DNA of 63,520 bases, filler included, from Choristocarpus tenellus KU-1152 (taxonomy: Eukaryota > Protista > Phaeophyceae), in assembly GCA_964200185.2 (NCBI GenBank). It is 12 parts of 12 records of this genome, joined end to end, with 100 filler letters (N's around TTAATTAATTAA, not from the genome) between each part and the next. Parts side by side here need not be neighbours in the genome. Positions count along the whole stretch, not along the records: positions 50,371 to 54,248 come from CAXNAD020017422.1; positions 54,349 to 57,273 come from CAXNAD020023609.1; positions 57,374 to 60,283 come from CAXNAD020023719.1; positions 60,384 to 63,520 come from CAXNAD020022053.1; 8 more parts are not named here. The stretch is one strand, 5' to 3'. The translations under genes and the position numbers were made by a program. The notes under the pieces are model-generated. The model searched no databases, was not told the DNA's origin, and saw nothing but the letters and a program-made list of their open reading frames with translations. Below, piece after piece: positions 50,371 through 60,561 of this stretch; within the stretch, counting starts at the first letter, position 1; the number at the start of each line of letters is the position of its first letter.

Positions 50371-53300
50371 GGTTCCAGCAGGGGTTGCTGTGGTGCCTGT
50401 TAGAGTGGAATACAAAGGCGCAAGGGTGGTTCTGGGACCCATCGTGGGGAGGGTGACAAGGGGCACAGCAGTAGTCCTGGTGGAGCTTGCAGGCGAGGCT
50501 GCCTTGGGATGTGTGCTAACCGATAGCCTTACAGGGGCACAACATCGGCAGGTGAGGGGGTGGACGGGTGGAATGTAGGGAGGGTTGAGACAAGATGGGA
50601 TGGGAGGCAAGGATGTGGAAGGAAGGGATGTGGCACCCCTGAGTTTTTGTTACTAGGGAGGGCTCATCCCCCAATTAGATTTTCATATTCTTGTTGTGAA
50701 TTGGCAAATGTCTGCAGCAGTGTTGTGTAATGTGTACTGCATACATACTGTGGCAATTCTTACTTGTTGCATAAAGTCTAATCCTCCATAGCAATCATTA
50801 GTTAAGCTGTCACCAAGGTTTGTCCCAACACCCTCTGTGCATCTCCTTCCACTTGCCCATTGCCCATCACCCCATTTAATCCGCCTTCACAGGTTCGTAT
50901 TCTTCAACCAGCTCGACCTCACGCATTCTACTTCGACACCCTGGAGACTCATCGCCACTACACCATCAAACTGGAAGGGGTTGTCAACGCCCTGGCACGC
51001 ACAGGAGCATTTACTACCCTCAGTGTGAGCTAGACAGATGTATTCTAGACAATCAACCTAGCCAGACCAAAATCAAGCCCTATACCTACTCCAATTACTA
51101 ACCTTCCCAACTCATTTGCTGATAATGCTCACTCCAGCAGTTTCTGCTGGTCCAAGGCCAACATTCCATGTGTATGAATGTCATGAAACCGTTGTTTTAA
51201 CAGGCCTGGATAGATCATAGGGCACCTCTTGCTCTTCTGAGCGCAGAGCAAGGACGCCCCCAGGCACAAGGCGATGGCACCCAGATCCATCAGGGGGGGG
51301 GTGGTAATTCCGCCGAATGCAACTTCAATCTCTTATTTGTCAGTGCCACAGGGCTCCCCAATTCACTACCATTTAATGGCAATCAGTCTTCCTCTCTCAA
51401 AAAAGGTAGCTCCTGCAGTGGTAAGGAGATAGATAGAAGAGGTGGGATGGATATGTGGAGGGAGCTGTCTCTGGAGCTATGGAAACCTTGGCCCCATGCA
51501 GATGTAGTTGTGCACACAGGGTCCCAGGTGGGAGGAGTGCTCAGGTCTGGACTTCAGGACGAATTAGGGATTGTTGACGTCAAAATCTCTTCCCTCAGTT
51601 TGTTACTCCTTGTGTGACAGAGTGCTGTGCAGATGTATCTATTCACTAACTCTATTCCATTTCCCCCCCTATTTGTTGATACAGTCATGCTTATCCCTTG
51701 CCCTACCACCTGTCCAAGACATTTCTCCTTCCTTCCTCCAAGATAGGACAAGTTTCTGCAGATAAGATCTGTCATTAATGCTTATACCACACCAACACTG
51801 CTTCAAGTGTGTGCGAGATTAACACAACCCTGCATGACTCAAACTCCAATATGAATGAAATCCGAGTGATCAGGTCGACCTCACAGTTGCTGTGAGAGAG
51901 GCGCTTCCACTACTTTCCATTGCTGGGGAAGAAGAAGAGGGGTCTCAGGGGCGTATTGAGGCTGAGGAGCAGGCAATGGAACAAGTGAGTTTTGATAGTC
52001 TCTACTTCAGAGTGCCTTTGGAAAATGTTACACTAGGAACCTAGTTCTTAAAAAAATGTCCCTTATTCCCCCAGTCAATACCCTCACCCCATGCTGGGAC
52101 CATTTGTTCTGAGAATGAATACATCATAAAAAAAAAGAGGGCTTTGTTGCTCCTTCTTTTACTGAAAAAGAGACGGTTATGGGGATTGATGTGTTGTAAT
52201 TAAAGGCAGAGGATAAATGGAGGGAGAGTTTATGAGGAAGTGGCTAGGAGCAGGGAATGCCGTCCACCTTTCGGGCTGCGAATCTTCCATGGTAGTACCA
52301 ATGGTCGCTGGAGCAAATGTTGACTAATCTGCGCACTGAAACTCATTAAAAACGCCAAGCAAAATGATTGCATCATTTGCACCTCATTCAAATATACCTT
52401 CCCTAGGGCCTCTTCTTAACCCCCCATGTCACCTCACCAAATTGTCTCATCCCTCTTTTCATGCTCCCCTACACATCTTAGGGACTTTTTTCCTATTTTA
52501 TGTTCTGTGTAGTGCTTGAGATTTAACCTTTTCTGTATTATCCTTCTCCACCCCTGTGCTACACATATCACAAAGATACGGAACGCTTATCGTTTCCAGT
52601 GGAGTCTCCCTGCATGCCGTGCATTCCTCTCTAGGGGGAGTCACCTTATGGCCCCTGGAGAGGGGGACCTATCTCTTCCGAGCTTACTCTCACCCACCTT
52701 CAACCACGACATCAGCATGACTGAGATGGAGATGAAGGGGCAAAGACCAGTAATTAGTGCTTATGCAAGAGTGACATTATCTCGTATGATTTCAAGGGTG
52801 AGTGAGAGTCTTTGTTAACGGAGTAGAGGGGTAGGTAGGTCAAGGTCAAGCTAGTTTGAGGTTGGATGGATTGGGTCTAGGATTTCGGATAGGGCTTTGG
52901 GGACATTATCAGCCCCAAGACGGTGCACTGACACCTGTTCAACCAACCATAGTAATGTATCATCATATCAACGTGGGAATGGAGGTATGGTATGGAGAAC
53001 AAGAGAAGAGGGAGGAAGCGCGTAGTGGGGTTGTGGTAAATAGAAATAGAATTGGGGAATGGGGTGGTTGAGCGAGGGCAAGAGGGAGAAACAGGGGATA
53101 ATATCATAATTTCACAAGAGCAGCCCCCTGAATCTGGACTGAACTGATATTCCTCCTTTCCCTTCTGCCCAACTGAGTCAGAACACTCAGCTTCATTGCA
53201 ACCGGATTATGTGGCATACATTATCTGACCCACCAATACATGTTATTATTGAAACTGCCAGTATTACCAACAAACCACCCCATCAAGTACCCACACCTCA

Positions 53301-54001
53301 ACTCTCCCCCAGTTCCACTCGCAGCCTCCAACCACCAAAGACTGTTCTAAAAAAACGAACAACACAACTCCAGAAGCACCCATCCAACCTCAAGTATGAC
53401 CACTTCAAAGCCTGGCGAGCGCCCTCCTCCATTCCCCAGCATTTTCACGGTTCTTGTCATGATCAGCACAAGCAACGCAAGTGTGGTGCATGATGTTGTG
53501 GTTACTGTGCCGGTACAGATAAGCTCAACTATTTGTGAAATTAGATCATCATTGCCATCAGGTTGACAGTTTTCTGTTGAAATACTCCAAAGCTGTACTG
53601 CCATATGTACCCCAGAATGCTCCCAATTACCTGAAACAGTTGATACTTTGGAATCTTTGATAGTTCAGAATACACACCAAAACAACACGATGAGATCACA
53701 CCAGACCTTCTGCATCACGGCTCTGTGTACCCTGAAGGCATACCGAGATTATCAAAGGCAACTCTGGAGTCCACAGTCTATTCCTCCTGGCATTGACATG
53801 AACGACTCTGGTTACATCCAAGGCGGTGCAGGGGTGGACAGCCCGGAACAATGGGACTGTGGGGAGGAAGTGAGGGCAGGGTGGGCAAGAAGAGGAGGAT
53901 TGGGGGGGGAGGCGGGAGGGGGAGAATGGCATTTTCATGCTTTTGGGGAAATAGTGGGGCTGTTTGTCATGGATATGTGGGGAGGAGGCAGATGCCTACA
54001 G
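50371..54001 (+). CDS. PhoD-like (alkaline phosphatase D fold) domain protein, internal exons, probably catalytically degenerate
   Basis: Exons <50371-50551, 50893-51024, 51204-51527, 51874-51984, 52576-52797, 53738-54001 (all phase 0). VLGPIVGRVTRGTAVVLVE (N-terminal Ig/FN3-like lead-in), LETHRHYTI..RTGAFTT, NLLFVS, MWREL, DVVVHTGSQ|VD, IRNAYRFQWSLP..RAFLSRGSHLM, AYRDYQRQLW, GLFVMD. Confidence 0.7.
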
Positions 54002-54158
54002 GTGAATAATTTGCATCGTATGGGGGAAAGGGGGGGAAGGAGGTCAGTGGCAGTGAGTCGATGCAAGGGAGTAAGGCTCTTGTTATCTTTTCTGTTGTGC
54101 TTAAGAAGAAGGATGAGTAGAAGAGGAAGATCGCAGGAGAAGAGGACTAGGAACAAAT

Positions 54159-54248
54159 GAGTCAAAGTATCTTAGAGGGTAGAGCCACATCCATTTGGGG
54201 GCCACAATCCAATTTTGCGATTTTGATATAATTTTGACTATTGTGTTT
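54159..54248 (+). mobile_element. MITE family A left part (truncated)
   Basis: GAGTCAAAGTATCTTAGAGGGTAGAGCCACATCCATTTGGGGG. Confidence 0.85.
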
Positions 54249-54348
54249 NNNNNNNNNNNNNNNNNNNNNNNNNNNNNNNNNNNNNNNNNNNNTTAATTAA
54301 TTAANNNNNNNNNNNNNNNNNNNNNNNNNNNNNNNNNNNNNNNNNNNN

Positions 54349-54490
54349 GGACACACCTTTCATAACGTACACATTTTACCTACTCCGAAACATTTTGGAG
54401 TCGGAAAATGTCATAAAAAACCCATGAAAAGCCAAGCACCACAAATGGACAAACAGGGAAAAAATCGTACCCTCTAAGATAGTTTCACTC
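54349..54490 (+). mobile_element. MITE family A right part (truncated)
   Basis: GGACACACCTTTCATAACGTACAC...GTACCCTCTAAGATAGTTTCACTC. Confidence 0.85.
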
Positions 54491-54598
54491 TTATCTGGTC
54501 AGATATATTGATCTTGATTGTGTCTTACGACTTGGGGATCCATTCTCAAAGGAAACGAGGAGATTTGTTTATCATTGTTGGAATCCACTGGTTAATTT

Positions 54599-54695
54599 GG
54601 AATTGGAGTCCCTATGTTGAAAACAACTGGCAGAGTCGGAACTGGAGTCCCTATGTTAGAAATACTGACATATTCGGAACGGGAGCCCCTATGTC
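54599..54695. repeat. Three spaced copies of GGAA(C/T)(T/G)GGAG(T/C)CCCTATGT, ~39-bp period
   Basis: Copies start near 54599, 54638 and 54676. Confidence 0.75.
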
Positions 54696-54982
54696 ATTCA
54701 ATGGCAACAAAATACATGCTGCTGCAGCGCGATCTGGAGTGATGGATAATATTTATTGTCTTGATCCGTCACAATCGCCTGTGGCAAGCGTGAAACATGT
54801 ATTCCTAGGTCACGCTGGGGGGCATGTTAAAGGCGAATAGCATGTCTGCCTTTTATACAATGATATTGACCATACTTATGAAGGAATAATCCAAGTGAGA
54901 GATCCATCATATTTGACGACTTGTGGATCAGGAGTCCTATACGTGCATCAGCATAATCTATAGGCCTATAGATTGGAGCTAT

Positions 54983-55243
54983 GAGCCAAAGTATCTTAGA
55001 GGGTAGAGCCGCGTCCATTTGGGGTCCAAAATCCTGTGTTGCGATTTTAATGTAATTTTGGCTATCATGTTTGTTAGGAAGTGTCAATATCCTTGTTCCG
55101 GACACACCTTTTCATAACGTACACATTTTACCTGCTCCGAAACATTTTATAGTAGGAAAATATCATAAAAAGAGACCATGGGAAGCCAAGCCCAAATATG
55201 GACAAACATGGTAAAATTCGTACCCTCTAAGATACTTCCACTC
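54983..55243 (+). mobile_element. MITE family A, complete (261 bp), PIF/Harbinger(Tourist)-like
   Basis: 23-bp imperfect TIRs GAGCCAAAGTATCTTAGAGGGTA / TACCCTCTAAGATACTTCCACTC with a perfect 3-bp TSD, TAT (54980-54982 and 55244-55246). Confidence 0.9.
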
Positions 55244-55434
55244 TATACATCCTTCTGAGATAAGCTTCAGGAGGGTGCTGTAACACATCTACTCTTCAAG
55301 ATATCAAACTTGGTTCTTATCTCAGGGAAATAGAAGAAGAGGCACCGCATGAAGATGGTCAAGATGTGCACCAAGAAGAAATATCGCTTAATTCCCTCTC
55401 CAATCGACAAGCTACTTATTGGCTGGGATATGAC

Positions 55435-56105
55435 GAGTCAAAGCATCTTGCAGGGCGTGGCAACTGTCCATTGGGGTCCAATCTGCTACGTTGTGATTCT
55501 TGGGTGATTTCAGCTCACTCGACGGATGCAGATAATTTTTTTTTAACCTGAGCATATGTTCGTAAACTTGTGCTCACCTTGCATTATGAATCACTGTCCG
55601 TTTGTGTTTTGTCTGTTTATTGTATTTCATCGAGTGAATTTTCGATTGTGTTGTTTCAACTATGGAATAGCGTAGCACGGGACTGACTGTTTGATAGATA
55701 CCTACGCTTAGTTTCCATATGGACTAGTGTGTATCTTTTCAAAGAGATTCAAAGTGAGAAGTACCCAGAGCTGCAAAAGGATGTGGGTAGCTACGTCCAA
55801 AATTCGGCGTTTTGTAGAAACATGTGCAGGATACTTACCAAATAGTGTCCTAAAGTTGTATACAATAGAGAAATCAACCCTCTCAGGTCGAAATTAATGC
55901 ATTATCCACAAAAATGTGGGCGAGGTGCAAAAGATGAAAAGACTGGCTAATATGGCAAAACTGCCAAAAACCAGGTACCCCTCGTTAACCTTGCTGCAGA
56001 ATGGAAATAGAACAAGTCATTACAAAAGAACTTGATATATCCCAAATATTACATCGTTGAGAATTATTTTTGAGTAGGCATTGCAAAGTGAAATGAGTGG
56101 TTGGT
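55435..56105 (+). mobile_element. Non-autonomous element family C (left arm)
   Basis: Starts GAGTCAAAGCATCTTGCAGGGCGTGGCAACTGTCCATTGGGG; colinear with 14176-15120 minus the nested MITE. Confidence 0.7.
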
Positions 56106-57205
56106 CTCCCTGGAGCAGGAAAAGATGGACTGTTTGGCGGTACAAGAAACCCTTATTAGGGCAACCGATTGGACATTGCAAATGCCTGGGTATCACTGCT
56201 TCTCAGTGTGTGGGGAGCGCAAGGCTTCCACTAGAGGGGTAGGACTGCTAGTAAGGAACAACCTGAGGGGTATACAGTGGGACATAGTTCTCCCTGGCAT
56301 GTTTTTGTAAGGTGCTTCGGACCGGCGCTACCTCAACCTTGGATCTTTGCGAGCATCTATCTACCATCAGGGGTGGGGATGGGGGCTGAACCCATCACTG
56401 AGCTCCGCGCTCAGATCGATCGAGTGCATCAAGAGTTTCCGACGGACTCAATCGCAATAATGGGCGATTGGAACCGGACCCCCGAGCAAGTGGCCACTAT
56501 CCTTACGAAAGTAAGGTAGGCCTTTCACATTTTGGAGCCGCAAGGGGAAATTTGGACCCAAACGCGCAAGCGGGCCAACGGGAGGCTATTCGACCATATT
56601 GTAGTGTGGCTGGGGTCGCGGGGAAGAATGAGAAGACCTCGGGTGTAGCACTGGGTGGATATCTCCGATCACTATCCACTGATTGGGAAGGTATCCTGTG
56701 TGGAACAGGATACAAGCACAGGGCCGTCAGGGAATGAAGGACAAGTACAGTGGTGGGTGAGGCGAGCCAAGTCTATTGGCATGAGAAAGTTGTAGAAGAG
56801 AACAAAAAGGTCTAAACCAGACCCGATTATACTCCAAGCGATTGACTCTAACAGATGGGTACCTCTGCTCGAACTGGTGTCAATGGATGTTGACGACCTA
56901 AACCCGGCGGAGGTCCTGGCATTAGGGGACACTCCGGCAAGGGAATTTGTGACAGTTGTACATGAGGCCCCCGAAGAGGCGGACGTGACTCAGGACAATG
57001 TCGCAGGGAAGTCTCAACAGCTCAAACCTAAAATTCTCAACGCCCTCCATAAGAAGCAGAAGGTCGTTGCCAAGTTGCAGAAAGCGGCAAGACATAGTAC
57101 CCGGACCAAAAATCTTCAGAGTATGATGAAGTGTGCTCCAGGACAAAGGTCTTGATCCGAGAAGACAACAAAAGGAGGTGGAGGAAGGCGCTGGAGTCCG
57201 CTATT
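56101..57205 (+). mobile_element. Non-LTR retrotransposon (LINE) ORF2 relic, APE-like endonuclease, frameshifted
   Basis: DCLAVQET, PGYHCF, RGVGLLVR, IFASIYLP, IAIMGDWN, DHIVV, ISDHYPL: EEP/APE motifs in order across several frames. Confidence 0.85.
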
Positions 57206-57273
57206 GGCTCAAAGTATCTGGGAGGGGGTGGCGGCTGTCCATTTGGGGTCAATTTTTTCATGTCGCGATTTTT
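57206..57273 (-). mobile_element. MITE family B inserted in the LINE relic (truncated at contig end)
   Basis: GGCTCAAAGTATCTGGGAGGGGGTGGCGGCTGTCCATTTGGGGTC. Confidence 0.8.
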
Positions 57274-57949
57274 NNNNNNNNNNNNNNNNNNNNNNNNNNN
57301 NNNNNNNNNNNNNNNNNTTAATTAATTAANNNNNNNNNNNNNNNNNNNNNNNNNNNNNNNNNNNNNNNNNNNNGGTCAAACTCATCCTCCATAAAATACT
57401 CCATCCTCAATTTCGGTGATCGGCTGTTGGTTAACTATGTGTCGGAGGTTGTATATTATTGATATCTTACAAACTAAACACTCGACGTAGTTCATCGAAT
57501 CATTAAAATAGACTAAATAATAAGAAAACACAGAGCAGCAACGAACAGGACAAGAGTGTTCAGCCATCTCACCAGATGTTGCCTCTCCCTCCCTCCTTGA
57601 ATCTTGCACTGATTTTACCTCATGACATTGCAGAACAGTGAGTGAAGCCTTGCTGCCATCATGATATTTTCATATTTTCTGTGTTTTGTGGCCCAGTGAC
57701 AAGATAAGATGGATGGTTTCGAGGCATCCCACAACGTTTTGCTCCCCTCCTTCAACTCTTCATCTGTACTACTGGTTTGCAGCATCATGCCACAAAGACT
57801 TGCTGCCACTACGTTTCCTTAAAATATTCCTGCGTTCTGTGGGTCAGCAACAGAGAGGATAGTAAGTAGTACAGGTGTACAATTTGTTGTGAACTTGCAG
57901 GGCATCGAAACAAGAATTCACTTGGTCAAAAAGAACTTAACGCTACAAA

Positions 57950-58023
57950 TGGTAGTGACAGGGATTGAACCCAGGCCAAACCTTTGCGAAAGGAGAATGT
58001 TGGATCAAAATTAACTACTGAAC
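57950..58023 (-). pseudogene. tRNA-derived relic (Ala-CGC-like) or SINE head
   Basis: Minus strand CCT-TTCGCAA-AGG (anticodon arm), then GGCCTGGGTTCAATCCCTGTCACTACCA (B box/T arm). The 5' acceptor strand and D arm do not pair. Confidence 0.35.
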
Positions 58024-60187
58024 AAAAAGACGTTCATTATTACGAGGTATCGTATTGCAAGAAAGAAAAACAACAGAGAGAGTGAGAGATATTGCCAAAA
58101 GCAATGCCAATTATTGAATTTCAACTACCTCACCCTTTCAAATCACTTCATAGACATATATTGCTTCCATAATAGGTGTTCGGATCTGACTCGGTGTATC
58201 ACCACCAACACGACCAACAACCACCACCGAGCCAAAGCGAACGATGAGTACCCAGGTTTTGGCCGTTTTGTATTTTAATTTAGTTTTTTATTTATCTTTC
58301 GCAGTTCAACCATAGTACCATGGATGAAGTGGATAGTTTGACTCGAGAGCCATGATTTCCCTGTTGTTTCAAAAAACTGACACAACAAAGAGAATATCCT
58401 ATACCCCTTTGTTAAAAAACAAACAAACGAATTTTGCACGTAACTTGCCAACATCTTTAAAACGCAATGCTGCTGGGTACCTCTCGCCTACTTCGATTCA
58501 CTACTAGTTCCAGTTTCACAGGATCGATGAATGAACAAAATGAACATGATCGTGAATGTAGAGGAGAAAATGAGCAATACTCAATAAATAGGAACAATAT
58601 AATGCCCACTTTTTTGTGGGGTAATTATTTACTTTTTTATTCATTGTCATTTGTAGAACCTTCTTAGACTAGACCTACACGGAAATGTGGAATGGGCGTC
58701 AGATGTTGTCAAGGTGGGGGTGATTCACGATGGTGGTGGTACGGCTAGAGTGATCACTAAAAAGCACACAAAGGACTGTTTTATCAGCAACACTAACACT
58801 GGTGGAATGGGTGTTAAAGATTACTGTCTTGCCTGGTACACAATCTTGTAATGGTTCATGGGGCTGTGCTCATGGATAGATGAGGTGAATTAGAATACCT
58901 ACCTCAGCTACAAAAGAAAAACCAACGCGTTTACACCTGCATCTCCCATCGCACAACTTTCACAACAGACACAACTCCATGATACACACCCCAAAACAGA
59001 AAAATACTGAAAAAGACTTCTTGATGTAATAGCGTAACAAAAAAAAAGCTTCTTGGGCCTCAGGTTACATCCATCTTGCCCCAGGTGGTGAAGCCCCTCC
59101 TCCCCATCTCACCATTACAAAATATGGATACGCAAATCAATGCACATGACAAAATGAGAACAAAAACAGCGACCAATCCCACCCTACTCAATTCTTTACA
59201 GACAAGACAGCGGTGCCAGGTTGAATGAAACACCAGGGGCGGCAGACTCCATTGCATCTCTACAAAAAACAAAAAACAGTCAAGTACCTACTTACTACTA
59301 TTTTAATGACATCACTTACCAGTGATTCTTCTGTCCACATACATATCGTATTCAGAGAACAAAACACGCTACACACAATACCTCCACCATCGGTCTCCCA
59401 GTAAAAGAACCAAAACAAGTAACCCTGTATGTATGCCCCTCTCTCTTTCCTAAAAAACGTAAACCGATACATCACAATGCAATTCCAAGAACATGTCTTT
59501 TTGCTTCTAGATGAAAAGGTGTAGCACTAGTAATGAATATTCTACGGCTTTCAAACTCAACCCCTTTTTGGTATGGAATACCTCTCCCTCAGGCAGATGG
59601 ATGCACACACTGTTTCACTTGTATACTATACCACATCACAATCCCGACAAAACTAGAAATGGCAGGAAGAGTCAGAGTAAAATAAAAAGAGGACAACTTG
59701 TCCCTTCAGCCTTCTTCTCCCCCCAAAAACTCACCTTTTATCATCCTTCATCTACAAAAAAAGAAAAAATGAAAGAGTCAAAACACATGCCACTGCATCC
59801 CACTGCAGACCTGTTGCTGTAACAAGATAAAGTGTAATACTATGGGGTGGGGCATGGTCCCTCTCAGTAACTTACACAATACTCCTCGCTGAACAGTCAC
59901 CCCCTAGTCCGATAATGCCAAGGAAGATGAGTCATCTCCTCTACAAATAATCAACCATACCATCATCATCATCATCATTATTATTACTATTATCTTGAAT
60001 CAAGATTCACTCATCATAAGGCCCACTGTACTTAGCTCCGGACCACCTGAGGACGTGCAATGGCAACAAAAACGATGGGATCGATTGCGGAACAAGTCAG
60101 TCAAATAAAATAATGAAAAAAAGAGGGTTAAATCGCTTGCTTTAATAGCGATTTTCGCAATTAGCATACGATTCACTAACCTCAAGG

Positions 60188-60283
60188 GACCCAAAGTAAC
60201 TGTGGGGGGGGGGGGTCTACACCAGGGTGTTCATTTGGACCATAACTAGGAAACGTACACTTACATTATCCATCTGATGTATG
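60188..60283 (+). mobile_element. MITE family B left part (truncated)
   Basis: GACCCAAAGTAACTGTGGGGGGGG..TCTACACCAGGGTGTTCATTTGGAC. Confidence 0.75.
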
Positions 60284-60383
60284 NNNNNNNNNNNNNNNNN
60301 NNNNNNNNNNNNNNNNNNNNNNNNNNNTTAATTAATTAANNNNNNNNNNNNNNNNNNNNNNNNNNNNNNNNNNNNNNNNNNNN

Positions 60384-60561
60384 AGAAGGGAGGGGGGGGG
60401 GCGGTGGCGGGTATAAACCAGAGTGTCCATTTGGACCAAAACCAGGAAAAGTGCACTTTCATTATCCATCCAAGGTATGGAACCAGATCACCCAAAAATC
60501 GAGACATGAAAAAAATTGGTCCCAAATGGACAGCCGCCACCCCCCCCAGATACTTTGACCC
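60384..60561 (+). mobile_element. MITE family B right part
   Basis: ...GTGTCCATTTGGACC..CCAGGAAAAGTGCAC...CCCAAATGGACAGCCGCCACCCCCCCCAGATACTTTGACCC. Confidence 0.8.

Noticed and set aside
54159-54490. Left and right halves of a family A MITE on either side of a linker, suggesting true contig adjacency
   Set aside because: The outer flanks (AAT vs TTA) do not form a TSD and MITEs are common at contig ends, so these are probably different copies.
54599-54695. CRISPR array
   Set aside because: Only three short degenerate units, partly similar spacers, no cas genes, and eukaryotic context.
58240-60060. Possible small exons (e.g. LHGNVEWASDVVK on plus, WSGAKYSGPYD on minus)
   Set aside because: I could not chain them into a phase-consistent, recognisable protein.
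4910-60383. Recurrent TTAATTAATTAA flanked by Ns as a biological repeat, and gene neighbourhoods across it
   Set aside because: Invariant 44+12+44 layout with six-frame stops; this is a concatenation linker.
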